DNA of 24,000 bases from Aliarcobacter cibarius (GTDB lineage: Bacteria > Campylobacterota > Campylobacteria > Campylobacterales > Arcobacteraceae), in assembly GCF_013372265.1 (NCBI RefSeq), contig NZ_CP054051.1:608263-632262 (forward strand). Reading direction: 5' to 3'. The notes beneath the pieces are model-generated. The model saw only the letters and a program-made list of their open reading frames with translations. It ran no database searches and had not been told where the DNA came from. Position numbers and translations under genes: made by a program. This document shows, in pieces, positions 13,414-23,671 of this stretch; the stretch's first letter is position 1; each line of letters opens with the position of its first letter.

Positions 13414-16400
13414 AGAACAAGTAGAACTTTTAGCAATAGATTGGTTTAAAGAGTTGGGATATGATTATCTTTTAGGGTATGAAATATCACCAGATAGCCA
13501 AAATCCACAAAGAAAAAGTTATGAAGATGTACTTTTATTTGATAGATTAAAAAATTCACTTATAAAACTAAATTCAAATATTCCTTTGGTTGCTATTGAA
13601 GATTCAATAGATATTTTAAGAAAACCACAACAAGCATCCCTAGTTCAAAACAACAGAGCTTTTCATCAAATGATTCTACAAGGTATAAGTGTAGATATAA
13701 AAAAAGATGATGAAATAAAAGGTGATGTTGTAAAACTTATAGATTTTGAGAACTTTTCAAATAATGATTTTTTAGTAGTAAATCAATTTACAATCAAAGG
13801 AAGTAAGGGAAATAGAAGACCTGATTTAATAGTTTTTATAAATGGTTTACCACTTGCAATAATAGAGCTAAAAAATCCAGCAGATGAAAATGCTGATATA
13901 TACAAAGCATATAATCAACTTCAAACTTACAAAGATGAGCTAGAGGAACTTTTTGTTTTTAATGAAGCATTAGTAATAAGTGATGGAATAAATGCAAGAG
14001 TTGGTTCTTTGACAGCTACAGATGAGAGGTTTATGTTTTGGAGAACAGTAAAAGATGAAAATGATAAACCACTTTTAGAGTATGAATTAGAGACTTTAAT
14101 CAAAGGCTTTTTTAATAAAGAGTATTTTTTGGATTATATTCAAAACTTTATAATCTTTGAAGATGATAGTAAAAAAATCATAAAAAAAATAGCTGCTTAT
14201 CACCAGTTTCACGCTGTAAGAGAAGCTGTTGATTCTGTTGTTTTAGCTTCAACTGAAGGAAGCAGAAGAGGTGGAGTTGTTTGGCACACTCAAGGAAGTG
14301 GAAAATCAATATCCATGGCTTGCTTTGCTGGAAAACTTACAAAACAAGCTGCTATGAAAAATCCAACATTAGTTATTGTAACAGATAGAAATGATTTAGA
14401 TGGACAACTTTATGCAACATTTAGTAGTGCAAAAATGCTTTTGGGTCAAGAACCTATACAAATGGATGATGTTGGTGAACTAAGAGAAACATTAACAAAT
14501 AAACCAGCAGGTGGAATTATATTTACAACTATTCAAAAATTTAGTCTTAAAAAAGAGGAGAGTAGATTTCCTGTTTTAAGTGATAGAAGTAATATTGTTG
14601 TAATTGCAGATGAAGCACATAGAAGCCAATATGGTTTTGATGCAATGCTTGATAAGGATGGAAAGTTTAAATATGGTTATGCTCAACACTTGCGAGATGC
14701 TTTGCCAAATGCTACATTTATAGGATTTACAGGAACACCAATAGAGAGTGAAGATAAAGATACACGAGCTGTATTTGGGGATTATATATCTGTTTATGAT
14801 ATTGAAGATGCTGTAAGAGATGGTGCAACTGTTCCTATATATTATGAAAGCAGACTTGCAAAACTTGATTTAAATGCAGATATTTTAAAAGAGATTGATA
14901 AAGAAGTAGGGGATTTGGATATTGGAGATGAACTGTCTGATAGAGAAAGATTCAAAAGCAAATGGAGTGCTTTAGAAAAACTTGTAGGAAGTGAACCTAG
15001 AATTAAACAAATTGCACAAGATATAGTAACTCATTTTGAAGATAGAACAGCTACTATTGATGGAAAAGGTATGATAGTTGCTATGAGTAGACAAATTGCA
15101 GTTGATTTATATGATGCAATTGTAGCAATTAGACCATCTTGGCATAGTGCTGACCCAACAAAAGGTGCTATAAAAATAATTATGACAGGAAGTGCAAGCG
15201 ATGAAGCAAAACTTCAAAAACATATCTACTCAAAACAGATTAAAAAAGATTTAGAAAAAAGAATTAAAGATGTAGATGATGAGCTTAAACTTGTAATTGT
15301 AAGAGATATGTGGCTTACAGGATTTGATGCACCAAGTATGCACACAATGTATATTGATAAACCAATGAAATCTCATAACTTAATGCAAGCAATAGCTAGA
15401 GTAAATAGAGTTTTTAAAGATAAAAAAGGTGGATTGGTTGTTGATTATATAGGTATTGCAAATGAATTAAAACATGCCTTAAAAACATATACAACAGCTG
15501 GTGGAAAAGGAAAAGGAACTATTGATACAGCAGAAGCACTTGCAGAGATGTTAAAGCGACTTGATATTGTAAGAAATTTGTATCATGGATTTGATTATAG
15601 CTCTTTTATGACAAAAGCTCATATGTTACTAGTTCCTTGTGCAAACTTTATTTTGGGTTTAGATGATGGTAAAAAAAGATATTTGGATGAGGTATTAGCT
15701 TTGACAAAAGCTTTTAGCTTATGTGGAACTTTAGACGGTGCAAAAGAGCATAAAGAAGAGATAGCATTTTTTCAAGCAGTTAAATCTGTAATTCAAAAAG
15801 CAAGTTCAAAACCATCAAATGTAAAAGACCCAAACAAAGCTATAAAACAACTAATAGACAATGCTGTAATTTCAGATGGGGTTGAGGATATTTTTAGTCT
15901 TGTTGGACTTGATAAACCAAATATTGGGATATTATCAGAAGAGTTTTTGGAAGATGTTGCAAATATGCCTTATAAGAATTTAGCTGTTGAACTACTTGAG
16001 AGATTGTTAAAAGATGATATAAGAGCTAAAACAAAAAATAATGTTGTTCAAGAGAAGAAATTTAGTGATAGATTACAAGCTACTTTAGGAAAATATCATA
16101 ATCGGGCAATAGAGACTTCAAAAGTAATTGAAGAGTTAATCCAAATGGCAAAAGATTTTGCAGAAGCTACAAAACATGGTCAAGATTTGGGATTAAATTT
16201 TGATGAGTTGGCGTTTTATGATGCTTTAGCTGAAAACGAATCTGCTTTGATTGAAATGGGAGACGAAACACTTAAAAAAATTGCAATAGAACTTACTTTA
16301 AAACTAAGAAGTAGCATAAGTGTGGATTGGCAAAAAAGAGAATCTGTAAGAGCAAAAATGAGAAATATCATAAGAATAATTTTAAAAAGATATAAATATC

Positions 16401-16477
16401 CACCAAATAAAGCCGAAAAAGCACTTGATATGGTAATGAAACAAGCTGAAGTTTTAAGTGATGAGTGGAGTAGGTAA
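13403..16477 (+). CDS. hsdR: Type I restriction-modification system, restriction/helicase subunit R
   Basis: The N-terminal PD-(D/E)xK nuclease region reads RRPDLIVFINGLPLAIIELK. SF2 helicase motifs are HTQGSGKS (I), IADEAHRSQ (II, DEAH) and GFTGTP (III). The C-terminal region is the HsdR type (DELAFYDAL). The start overlaps the orf505 stop by 11 nt, with AGGGGA upstream. Confidence 0.95.
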   Translation: MINEEQVELLAIDWFKELGYDYLLGYEISPDSQNPQRKSYEDVLLFDRLKNSLIKLNSNIPLVAIEDSIDILRKPQQASLVQNNRAFHQMILQGISVDIKKDDEIKGDVVKLIDFENFSNNDFLVVNQFTIKGSKGNRRPDLIVFINGLPLAIIELKNPADENADIYKAYNQLQTYKDELEELFVFNEALVISDGINARVGSLTATDERFMFWRTVKDENDKPLLEYELETLIKGFFNKEYFLDYIQNFIIFEDDSKKIIKKIAAYHQFHAVREAVDSVVLASTEGSRRGGVVWHTQGSGKSISMACFAGKLTKQAAMKNPTLVIVTDRNDLDGQLYATFSSAKMLLGQEPIQMDDVGELRETLTNKPAGGIIFTTIQKFSLKKEESRFPVLSDRSNIVVIADEAHRSQYGFDAMLDKDGKFKYGYAQHLRDALPNATFIGFTGTPIESEDKDTRAVFGDYISVYDIEDAVRDGATVPIYYESRLAKLDLNADILKEIDKEVGDLDIGDELSDRERFKSKWSALEKLVGSEPRIKQIAQDIVTHFEDRTATIDGKGMIVAMSRQIAVDLYDAIVAIRPSWHSADPTKGAIKIIMTGSASDEAKLQKHIYSKQIKKDLEKRIKDVDDELKLVIVRDMWLTGFDAPSMHTMYIDKPMKSHNLMQAIARVNRVFKDKKGGLVVDYIGIANELKHALKTYTTAGGKGKGTIDTAEALAEMLKRLDIVRNLYHGFDYSSFMTKAHMLLVPCANFILGLDDGKKRYLDEVLALTKAFSLCGTLDGAKEHKEEIAFFQAVKSVIQKASSKPSNVKDPNKAIKQLIDNAVISDGVEDIFSLVGLDKPNIGILSEEFLEDVANMPYKNLAVELLERLLKDDIRAKTKNNVVQEKKFSDRLQATLGKYHNRAIETSKVIEELIQMAKDFAEATKHGQDLGLNFDELAFYDALAENESALIEMGDETLKKIAIELTLKLRSSISVDWQKRESVRAKMRNIIRIILKRYKYPPNKAEKALDMVMKQAEVLSDEWSR

Positions 16478-16622
16478 GGTAAAAATAAAATACAGTACAA
16501 ATGACAGTACAAAATTTTAAATTTAAATAAAAAATCCTTTTTTATAGGGATTTATGATATAAATCAAATTGCAGATAGTTCCTGTAAAATTACTTCCAAA
16601 AAACTAAAAAAATAACTTAAAT

Positions 16623-16642
16623 AAGCCCATTAAATTGGGCTT
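16623..16642. terminator. Hairpin in the hsdR-mcp intergenic region (possible hsd operon terminator)
   Basis: 7-bp stem, AAGCCCA (16623-16629) with TGGGCTT (16636-16642), and a 6-nt loop. The T-run is better on the minus strand than on the plus strand, so the strand is ambiguous. Confidence 0.35.
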
Positions 16643-16668
16643 TATAAAATAAATAATTATCTTTCTTT

Positions 16669-16697
16669 TTGACTACCTTGTAATGTTAATTTATAAA
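16669..16697 (+). promoter_or_regulatory. Sigma-70-like promoter candidate for the chemoreceptor gene
   Basis: TTGACT (16669-16674), a 17-nt spacer, then TATAAA (16692-16697). This lies about 55 nt upstream of the TTG start at 16751. Confidence 0.35.
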
Positions 16698-16750
16698 TAA
16701 GAACAATTGTATTAATATCTTAAATAAGTAAATTTAGTAGGAGGACGAAA

Positions 16751-18736
16751 TTGAGTATTTCTCAGAAGTTGTATTCAGGTTTTGGATTAATGATTTTTTT
16801 AATCATTATGCTGACGGTTATTGGAATAAATAGGGTTTCATTTATTGATAACACTCTTTATAGTGTTGTAGAAGTAAATTCTGTAAAACAAAGATACGCA
16901 ATAAATTTTAGAGGAAGTGTTCATGATAGAGCTATCTCTATAAGAGATGTTGTTTTATCTGAAGATAAAAATAGTGTCTTATTTAAAAAATCTATAGAAG
17001 ATATAAAAAAATTAGAAGAATTTTATACAAATTCTGCAAAACCAATGGATGAAATTTTCTCTAAAAAAGAAGGAATTGAGCCTAAAGAAGTAGAAATTTT
17101 AAATAAAATTAAAGGTGTTGAAGTACAAACTATGCCTTTAGTTAAAAAAATTATTGAACTTAAACTTTCAGGAGATAATGAAAAAGCTCTAGATTTGCTT
17201 GTAAAGGAAGCTAGTCCATTATTCTCAAATTGGTTAAAAGTTATAAATGAGTTCATTGATTATCAAGAAGCAAAAAATCAAAAAGCTACACCTCAAGCAA
17301 GAGAAGTTGCTAGTAATTTCTCAGTTTTAATGATTTCTATTTTAATCATTTCATTAATTTTAGGATCTTTAGTTGCTTATTTTATATCAAGACAATTGTC
17401 AAACTCTGCAAATATTATTCAAAATGGATTACAAGAGTTTTTCTCTTTTTTAAATAAAGAAAAAAATTCTACGAATTTAATAGCTCTTGACTCAAAAGAT
17501 GAATTTGGAAAAATGGCGAATGTTATTAATAAAAATATTCAACATACTCAGAATTTAATAATTCAAGATAATGAATTAATTGAAGATGTAAAAAGAGTTG
17601 TAAATGAAGTAAAAAAAGGGAAATTGAATCAAAAAATTGATAAAACAACTCAAAATCAAAGTTTAGAAGAATTAAAAAATAATTTTAATGAAATGTTAGA
17701 AAATACAGCTAAAAATGTATGTGAAGATATAAATAAAATAACAACTGTGTTAGATAGTTTTTCTAAATTAGATTTTAGAGCTAGAATCCAAAATGATAAT
17801 GGAGTTGTAGCAAAAGGTTTAAATAACTTAGCACAAATTATTAATGATATGTTAGTAGAAAACAAATCAAATGGTTTAACTTTAGAAAAAAACTCAAATG
17901 TCCTACTTGCAAATGTTGATAAACTAAATATTAGCTCAAATGAAGCAGCAGCAAGTCTTGAAGAGACAGCAGCAGTTCTTGAGCAAATTACTTCAAGTAT
18001 TAGAAATAGCACAGAAAATATAGTAAAAATGGCAAGATACTCAAATGAAGTAACAAGTTCTTCAAAAGAAGGAGAAAATTTAGCTAACCAAACAACAATT
18101 GCAATGGATGAAATAAATAATCAAGTAAATGCAATTAATGATGCAATAAGTGTAATTGATCAAATAGCTTTCCAAACAAATATATTATCTTTAAACGCTG
18201 CAGTAGAAGCAGCAACAGCAGGAGAAGCTGGAAAAGGATTTGCAGTTGTTGCTCAAGAAGTAAGAAATTTAGCAGCAAGAAGTGCAGAAGCAGCAAAAGA
18301 GATAAAAACAATAGTTGAAAATGCAACAAGAAAAGCAGATGATGGTAAAGAGATAGCAAATAATATGATTAATGGATATGTTAAATTAAATGAAAATATA
18401 ACAAATACAATTAATTTAATTAAAGATGTTGAGATGTCAAGTAAAGAACAACTTCTTGGAATTGAACAAATAAATGATGCAATAACAAGATTAGACCAAC
18501 AAACACAACAAAATGCACAAATAGCATCTCAAACACAAGAAGTAGCTATTGTAACAGATGAGATAGCAAAATTAGTTGTAAGTAATGCAAATGCAAAAGA
18601 GTTTATAGGGAAGAATGAAGTAGAAGCAAAAAATTTAAAAACAAAAAACAATATAGCAGTAAAAAAAGAAACAATAGTAAAGAAAGATACAAAGATAGTA
18701 TCAAAAGTATCTGATGATGAGTGGGAGAATTTCTAA
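16751..18736 (+). CDS. Methyl-accepting chemotaxis protein
   Basis: A TTG start is preceded by AGGAGGA at a 5-nt spacing. The layout is N-terminal TM helix, periplasmic helical sensor, second TM helix ([20 protein letters not shown]), HAMP-like region, and the conserved signalling hairpin [48 protein letters not shown]. Confidence 0.9.
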   Translation: MSISQKLYSGFGLMIFLIIMLTVIGINRVSFIDNTLYSVVEVNSVKQRYAINFRGSVHDRAISIRDVVLSEDKNSVLFKKSIEDIKKLEEFYTNSAKPMDEIFSKKEGIEPKEVEILNKIKGVEVQTMPLVKKIIELKLSGDNEKALDLLVKEASPLFSNWLKVINEFIDYQEAKNQKATPQAREVASNFSVLMISILIISLILGSLVAYFISRQLSNSANIIQNGLQEFFSFLNKEKNSTNLIALDSKDEFGKMANVINKNIQHTQNLIIQDNELIEDVKRVVNEVKKGKLNQKIDKTTQNQSLEELKNNFNEMLENTAKNVCEDINKITTVLDSFSKLDFRARIQNDNGVVAKGLNNLAQIINDMLVENKSNGLTLEKNSNVLLANVDKLNISSNEAAASLEETAAVLEQITSSIRNSTENIVKMARYSNEVTSSSKEGENLANQTTIAMDEINNQVNAINDAISVIDQIAFQTNILSLNAAVEAATAGEAGKGFAVVAQEVRNLAARSAEAAKEIKTIVENATRKADDGKEIANNMINGYVKLNENITNTINLIKDVEMSSKEQLLGIEQINDAITRLDQQTQQNAQIASQTQEVAIVTDEIAKLVVSNANAKEFIGKNEVEAKNLKTKNNIAVKKETIVKKDTKIVSKVSDDEWENF

Positions 18737-18737
18737 T

Positions 18738-18762
18738 TTAGATAGTATTTTTTACTATCTAA
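18738..18762 (+). terminator. Rho-independent-type hairpin after the chemoreceptor gene
   Basis: Perfect 10-bp stem, TTAGATAGTA (18738-18747) with TACTATCTAA (18753-18762), and a TTTTT loop. It starts 2 nt after the stop codon. Confidence 0.55.
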
Positions 18763-18788
18763 GTCTTATATTTATTAATTTATATTTT

Positions 18789-18849
18789 GGATAATTTTTA
18801 TCCTTTAATATTGATTATTAATAATTATTTAAGATTAAATATATATAAT
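18789..18849 (+). promoter_or_regulatory. ahpC promoter region with palindromic Fur/PerR-box-like operator candidates
   Basis: GGATAA-TTT-TTATCC palindrome at 18789-18803. TTGATTATTAATAATTATTT at 18811-18830 contains the perfect palindrome ATTATTAATAAT and NAT(A/T)AT hexamers. TATAAT at 18844-18849 lies about 37 nt upstream of the ATG. Confidence 0.35.
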
Positions 18850-18885
18850 TTCGCCATAAAAAAATTAAATAAAAAGGAATAGAAT

Positions 18886-19482
18886 ATGTTAGTAACAAAA
18901 AAAGCACCAGATTTTACAGCAACGGCAGTGTTAGCTGATGGAACAATAGTAGAAGATTTTAACTTATATAAAAATATTGGAGAAAAAGGGGCAATCTTAT
19001 TTTTCTGGCCACTAGACTTTACATTCGTATGTCCATCAGAAATTATTGCATTCTCAAAAAGAACAGATGAATTTAAAGCAAGAGGAATTAATGTAATTGG
19101 TTGTTCAGTAGATTCTCAATTCTCTCACTTTGCATGGAGAGAGACAGCAGTTGAAAATGGTGGAATTGGAAGAGTTAAATTTCCAATGGTAGCAGACTTA
19201 AATAAACAAATTGCAAAAGATTATGATGTTTTATTTGGAGAGTCTGTTGCATTAAGAGGATCTTTCTTAATAGATAAAGATGGAACAGTAAGACATGCAG
19301 TAGTTAATGACTTACCATTAGGAAGAAATGTAGATGAGATGATTAGAATGGTAGATGCGATGTTGTTTACAAATGAATATGGTGAAGTGTGCCCAGCAGG
19401 ATGGCAAAAAGGTGATGAAGGAATGAAAGCAGATAAAGATGGTGTAGCTAATTACTTAGCTAAAAATGAAGGTAAATTATAA
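18886..19482 (+). CDS. ahpC: 2-Cys peroxiredoxin (alkyl hydroperoxide reductase AhpC/TsaA type)
   Basis: The peroxidatic Cys motif is DFTFVCPSEI and the resolving Cys motif is GEVCPAGW. At 198 aa it is near-colinear with the Campylobacter/Helicobacter AhpC as I remember it. AAGGAA RBS. Confidence 0.93.
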   Translation: MLVTKKAPDFTATAVLADGTIVEDFNLYKNIGEKGAILFFWPLDFTFVCPSEIIAFSKRTDEFKARGINVIGCSVDSQFSHFAWRETAVENGGIGRVKFPMVADLNKQIAKDYDVLFGESVALRGSFLIDKDGTVRHAVVNDLPLGRNVDEMIRMVDAMLFTNEYGEVCPAGWQKGDEGMKADKDGVANYLAKNEGKL

Positions 19483-19495
19483 TAAAGGTTATAAA

Positions 19496-19813
19496 ATGGG
19501 GAAATATATAGAATTAAACCAAACAAATATGGATGAAAATGTTAAAGAAGGTGTAGCTTTAGTTGACTTTTGGGCACCTTGGTGTGGACCTTGTAGAATG
19601 CTTGCTCCAGCTATTGATCAATTAGCAGAAGAGTTTGAAGGAAAAGCAAAAATTTGTAAAGTAAATACAGAAGATGAGCCAGATTTAACAAGTAAATATC
19701 AAGTAAGATCAATTCCTACTATACTTTTCTTTAAAAATGGTGAAATTGTAGATCAAATGATTGGTGCTACAACAAAAGCTAAAATTGAAGAGAAATTAAA
19801 CTCTCTTTTATAA
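19496..19813 (+). CDS. trxA: Thioredoxin
   Basis: The WCGPC active site sits in FWAPWCGPCRMLAP, and the cis-Pro region is RSIPT. I moved the start to the ATG at 19496 (MGKYIEL..., 105 aa), because the track start at 19466 overlaps the ahpC 3' end. Confidence 0.9.
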   Translation: MGKYIELNQTNMDENVKEGVALVDFWAPWCGPCRMLAPAIDQLAEEFEGKAKICKVNTEDEPDLTSKYQVRSIPTILFFKNGEIVDQMIGATTKAKIEEKLNSLL

Positions 19814-19817
19814 TTTT

Positions 19818-19848
19818 AAAAGACAAGATATATAATATCTTGTCTTTT
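19818..19848. terminator. Bidirectional hairpin terminator between the convergent trx and mntP genes
   Basis: Perfect 14-bp stem, AAAAGACAAGATAT (19818-19831) with ATATCTTGTCTTTT (19835-19848), and a 3-nt loop. It has T-runs on both strands. Confidence 0.7.
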
Positions 19849-19863
19849 TCTTTAAGCTAAATA

Positions 19864-20418
19864 TTAATGAAAAAATAGATGTTCAATTAATATTTTTAAT
19901 CCTATACCTATTAATATCACACCACCAATTTTTTCAGCCTTATCTTCAAGAAAAGTACCACCTTTTGTACCTATAAATACTCCAATGAAACTAAAAACTA
20001 AAGTTACTATTCCAATAATTAACATTGAAATAAATGGATTTAAATCAAGAAGATTTAGAGTAAATCCAGCAGCCATTGCATCTATACTTGTCGCTACAGC
20101 TAAAATTAGAAGAACTTTATTTGTAATAATTGTTATTTCATCTTCTGTTCCTTCTTGGAAACTCTCATAAAGCATTTTTCCACCAATGATAACTAGAAGA
20201 ATAAATGCAATCCAGTGATCAATTGAAGTTATAAATGTATCAAGACCAATACTCGCTAAATAACCAAAAAGTGGCATTAGAGCTTGAAAAAATCCAAATA
20301 ATAAAGCTACTTTAATAGCTAAAAATTTATTAAAGTTTTGAGATTTAACACCAAGGCCAATTGAAACGGCAAAAGCATCCATAGATAGAGCAAATGCCAA
20401 TAATAATATTTCTATCAT
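19864..20418 (-). CDS. mntP: Manganese efflux pump MntP family (DUF204) membrane protein
   Basis: The N-terminus LLAFALSMDAFAVSIGLG and the internal repeat AVATSIDAMAAGFTL are the duplicated MntP signature. About six TM helices, 184 aa. Confidence 0.8.
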   Translation of the reverse strand: MIEILLLAFALSMDAFAVSIGLGVKSQNFNKFLAIKVALLFGFFQALMPLFGYLASIGLDTFITSIDHWIAFILLVIIGGKMLYESFQEGTEDEITIITNKVLLILAVATSIDAMAAGFTLNLLDLNPFISMLIIGIVTLVFSFIGVFIGTKGGTFLEDKAEKIGGVILIGIGLKILIEHLFFH

Positions 20419-20506
20419 CTATTTCCTTTTTATAAATTAATTTTTTATTTAAGATAAGTTTTAAGTAAATGGGGTATGGTATCAAAAAAAATTTAAAGAA
20501 GAATAA

Positions 20507-21427
20507 ATGAATACAGTAGATACAATCAAACAAAACCGAAGTTTTAATAATTTTGATGAGGCAAATAATATTTCGAAAAGAAATACTTTATATGCAACAA
20601 TTTTGACATTTTTAACTATGATTGTAGAGATAGTTTGTGGATATTATTATAATTCTATGGCTCTTTTAGCAGATGGTTGGCATATGAGCACACATGCATT
20701 GGCTTTAGGATTGGCTTTTATAGCTTATGTTTTATCAAGTAAGTATGCAAATGATTTTAGATTTAATTTTGGAACTTATAAAATTGAAGTTTTGGCTGGA
20801 TATACAAGTGCAATTTTACTTGTATTAGTAGCTTTATTTATGGCTTTTCATTCGGTTGAGAGAATTTTGTCTCCTGTTAATATTGCTTACAAAGAGGCCA
20901 TTTGGATAGCTATTATTGGATTAGTTGTTAATATTATTTGTGCTTGGCTTTTAAAAGATAATCATAATCATGTAGATTCTCACGAACATCATCACTTAGA
21001 AGATATTAATTTAAAGGTAGCATATATTCATGTTTTAACAGATGCTTTAACTTCAATTTTAGCAATTATTGCATTAGTTGCTGGAATGTTTTGGGGAATT
21101 AATTGGCTTGATCCATTTATGGGAATTGTAGCTTCTATTTTGATATCTATTTGGGCAGTATCAATTATTAAACAATCAGGAACAATACTTTTAGATGCAA
21201 ATATGAAAGATCCTGTTGTACAAGAAGTAATAGATGTAATTAATTCATTAAATCAAAAAGTAAGAATTGAAGATTTACATATTTTTAGAGTAGGAAAAGG
21301 TAAATATGGTTGTATTGTATCTTTAAGTTCTGAAGAATTTATCGATATTGGTTATATTAAAAAAGAGCTTTCAATTCATGAAGAATTAGTCTATATTTCA
21401 GTAGAGATTGTAAATACTGACGTTTAG
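20507..21427 (+). CDS. Cation diffusion facilitator family divalent-metal efflux transporter (CzcD/ZitB-like)
   Basis: Six TM helices. The metal-site motifs are LLADGWHMSTHA (TM2) and HVLTDALTS (TM5). The His-rich loop is DNHNHVDSHEHHH. The C-terminal cytoplasmic dimerisation domain is present. Confidence 0.85.
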   Translation: MNTVDTIKQNRSFNNFDEANNISKRNTLYATILTFLTMIVEIVCGYYYNSMALLADGWHMSTHALALGLAFIAYVLSSKYANDFRFNFGTYKIEVLAGYTSAILLVLVALFMAFHSVERILSPVNIAYKEAIWIAIIGLVVNIICAWLLKDNHNHVDSHEHHHLEDINLKVAYIHVLTDALTSILAIIALVAGMFWGINWLDPFMGIVASILISIWAVSIIKQSGTILLDANMKDPVVQEVIDVINSLNQKVRIEDLHIFRVGKGKYGCIVSLSSEEFIDIGYIKKELSIHEELVYISVEIVNTDV

Positions 21428-21434
21428 ATATTTA

Positions 21435-21471
21435 TAGAAGAACTATATTTATAAAAAATTTAGTTCTTCTA
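21435..21471. terminator. Hairpin between the convergent CDF and orf737 genes
   Basis: 11-bp stem, TAGAAGAACTA (21435-21445) with TAGTTCTTCTA (21461-21471), and a 15-nt loop. The right arm overlaps the last codons of orf737. Confidence 0.35.
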
Positions 21472-23662
21472 TTTTTTTATTTTTGTAAAATTCATTGTAA
21501 ATATGTTTCATTTGTTCTAATTCATTTTTACCAAAAATAGAAATATTTCTTTCAAGCTTTAGAACAATATCTTTAGTATCAATATTTAATAAACTTTTTG
21601 CAATAAAGTTTTCAATTAAAACCATTCCTAGTCTTTTTATAGATTTAGTATGTTCTAAAATTTCAAGTGCTTCATTTGTTACTTGTAAAACTTTATTACA
21701 AAGTTTTTTATCAAAATTATTTGAAATTTTATATAAGATATTTAAAGCATAGTTATGTAAAACAATTGGCATTTCATCTCTATCACCAACAGATTCTTTT
21801 AAAAAGACACCCATTTTCCCTAAATTTATAGCTTTATTTATAGTTTCATCATTTTTAATTGTTTCTAAAATATATTTAAATCTATAAGATATTGCCATAT
21901 TCACAAAAGTTGCTCCATATTCAAAAGAACCCAAAGCTGGTATTGCTAAACATTTTTTATAAAAGTTTATAGCTTCATCATAATTTTCTTCCCATTCGCA
22001 AAGATTTGCTTTTATATTATAAAAATGCCATAGCCATAAAGGATTATTATCTTCATTGTGAGAAAAAAGTAGTTTTTCTAATTTTTCTAAAGACTCTATG
22101 GCTTCACGTTTTAAATTATCATTTCTTTGAGAAATTATTATCCAAGCAGCTTTTCTTTGGTAATATCTTATTTCTATATCTAAAGGTTTGTCATTTTTTC
22201 CAAGATTCAACTCTTTTGGAAGAGAATTATATGCTAAATCAAATTGACCCATTCTTTCATATAGTGAACAGATACTTAAAATATATTTGTTTGGATTTAT
22301 TTCATATAAGTATTTGTTTAAAAGTATTGATTGCTCAAAATATCCGCTTCTTTCAAATAAAAATGCTAAATTATTTAGAGTACTAATCGAAATTTTTCTA
22401 TAATAAGATTTTACAGAACTTTCAAAACTATTTATATCATTTGAATCAAACATAAAACCGGCTATTTCAAACCAATAATCGTTGATTAATTCATATTGCT
22501 GTTTTTCTTTTATTGAACTTATAAGTTTTTCTAGTATTTTGATAACTCTTTTTTCATCTAAAACTAACTCTTTTACATAGTAGTATAAAATTAAAAGAGA
22601 AATTGGATTTTCAAATTTTGAAATGCAATCTTCAAGATGATTTCTTAGATATTGAGCTAATTCTTTTTTTTGTGACTTTAACGTTTTGAAATTTACATTA
22701 TTCGTAAAAAATATTTGTAGAGATTTTTCTTGAGATAAAAAGTTAAAGTCCTCAAAACTTCTATTTATAAAGCTTTGAAAGCCAAAGCTTAGATGATTTT
22801 CATCATCATCAGATTTTATAAAATTTTTTCCACAATATTCAAAAAGTTCTAAAGATATAAAGATTTTTTTATCTTTACTTTGGGTAACTATTGTAGAACA
22901 AAGTTGTAATAAAGAGTAAAAAATTTGTTCTTTTTTTGATAATAAAATATCAATATTTGAACTTTTTTGTAATTTATTATTTTTTATTACTTTTATATTT
23001 AATGCACCAAGATTTTCAAGAGTTTTTTTAACACTTTCAACCTTGTCTCCTCTAATATAAAAATATATATTTGTAAATCTACTTAAAATCATAGTAGTGA
23101 AAATAGACCAAAGCCAGTGTTTTTCATCTTCTAAATCAAAATTATAAAGATGAATTTCCATTTTTTTATCAAAATTTGAATAAGCTAGTTTAAGTCGTTT
23201 TGCTTTTCTAATCTCTTTGTTAAACCAAGAGTTGATAAGATTTTTTAATTCATTCCCTTCCGCATCTAAAATTTTAGGCATAAATAAAAGTGATAAAAAT
23301 AAAAAAATAACAAATCCTAAAGATATATAATCTTTTAGTTCAAAACTACTTGGTGTTTCAAGTATCATTTTTTTTAAAAAATCTTCATAAATAGATATTG
23401 TTAAAAATGCAATCATAATAAAAATAACTGAAGTAATAGAGATGGTTAAAGGAATAAATTTTTTATTTAAAAAATATAAAAGAGTTTTATTTTTACCAAT
23501 TAATGAACTTACATCTTCCTCAAATTTTTCTATAGAATCATTTTCACAATATGTTATATTTAATGCATTTTTTTCTTTAAAGATTGAACTCTCTTCTTTC
23601 TTTTCTCTTTTTTTATTTGATAGTTTTGACGTACAAATAAAACAGTTAATATTTTTATTCAT
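21449..23662 (-). CDS. Large membrane-anchored protein with a TPR-like helical-repeat C-terminal half; function unknown
   Basis: 737-aa uninterrupted ORF with two N-terminal hydrophobic helices (IPLTISITSVIFIMIAFLTISIY and ISLGFVIFLFLSLLFMP). TPR-like repeats appear later, for example YFEQSILLNKYLYEINPN and WEENYDEAINFYKKCLAI. Confidence 0.6.
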   Translation of the reverse strand: MNKNINCFICTSKLSNKKREKKEESSIFKEKNALNITYCENDSIEKFEEDVSSLIGKNKTLLYFLNKKFIPLTISITSVIFIMIAFLTISIYEDFLKKMILETPSSFELKDYISLGFVIFLFLSLLFMPKILDAEGNELKNLINSWFNKEIRKAKRLKLAYSNFDKKMEIHLYNFDLEDEKHWLWSIFTTMILSRFTNIYFYIRGDKVESVKKTLENLGALNIKVIKNNKLQKSSNIDILLSKKEQIFYSLLQLCSTIVTQSKDKKIFISLELFEYCGKNFIKSDDDENHLSFGFQSFINRSFEDFNFLSQEKSLQIFFTNNVNFKTLKSQKKELAQYLRNHLEDCISKFENPISLLILYYYVKELVLDEKRVIKILEKLISSIKEKQQYELINDYWFEIAGFMFDSNDINSFESSVKSYYRKISISTLNNLAFLFERSGYFEQSILLNKYLYEINPNKYILSICSLYERMGQFDLAYNSLPKELNLGKNDKPLDIEIRYYQRKAAWIIISQRNDNLKREAIESLEKLEKLLFSHNEDNNPLWLWHFYNIKANLCEWEENYDEAINFYKKCLAIPALGSFEYGATFVNMAISYRFKYILETIKNDETINKAINLGKMGVFLKESVGDRDEMPIVLHNYALNILYKISNNFDKKLCNKVLQVTNEALEILEHTKSIKRLGMVLIENFIAKSLLNIDTKDIVLKLERNISIFGKNELEQMKHIYNEFYKNKKIEELNFL

Positions 23663-23671
23663 TAAGATTTT

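Noticed and set aside
14171-14189. A7 and A8 homopolymer tracts inside hsdR (and A7 tracts in hsdM) as possible phase-variation sites
   Set aside because: Runs of 7-8 A are frequent throughout this AT-rich sequence and encode ordinary Lys-rich peptide (KKIIKKIA). Nothing distinguishes them from background. No long G/C tracts exist in the window.
6952-16477. A compositional (GC) island signature for the hsd operon relative to its flanks
   Set aside because: Spot counts of single 60-nt lines gave about 33-43% GC in hsdM, but similar values (about 42%) in the MCP gene, and about 30% in orf182. By eye the contrast is not clean. It needs a proper sliding-window GC and codon-usage calculation before being claimed.
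16492-16513. Direct repeat ACAGTACAAA-TG-ACAGTACAAA just after the hsdR stop
   Set aside because: It is only two 10-bp copies with no partner elsewhere in the window. It might be a binding site or an island-end scar, but there is no supporting evidence.
16216-18359. Minus-strand ORFs 16216..16512, 17023..17256, 17656..18012 and 18135..18359, antisense to hsdR and the chemoreceptor gene
   Set aside because: They are shadows of AT-rich or GCA-repeat coding sequence. For example, 18135..18359 is almost pure Leu from the antisense of the Ala/Glu/Gln-rich MCP signalling domain.
20419-20506. Possible yybP-ykoY manganese riboswitch upstream of mntP
   Set aside because: The divergent intergenic region is only 88 bp. 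It is almost pure A/T and lacks the conserved G-rich core (GGGGAGUAG-like) on the mntP strand.
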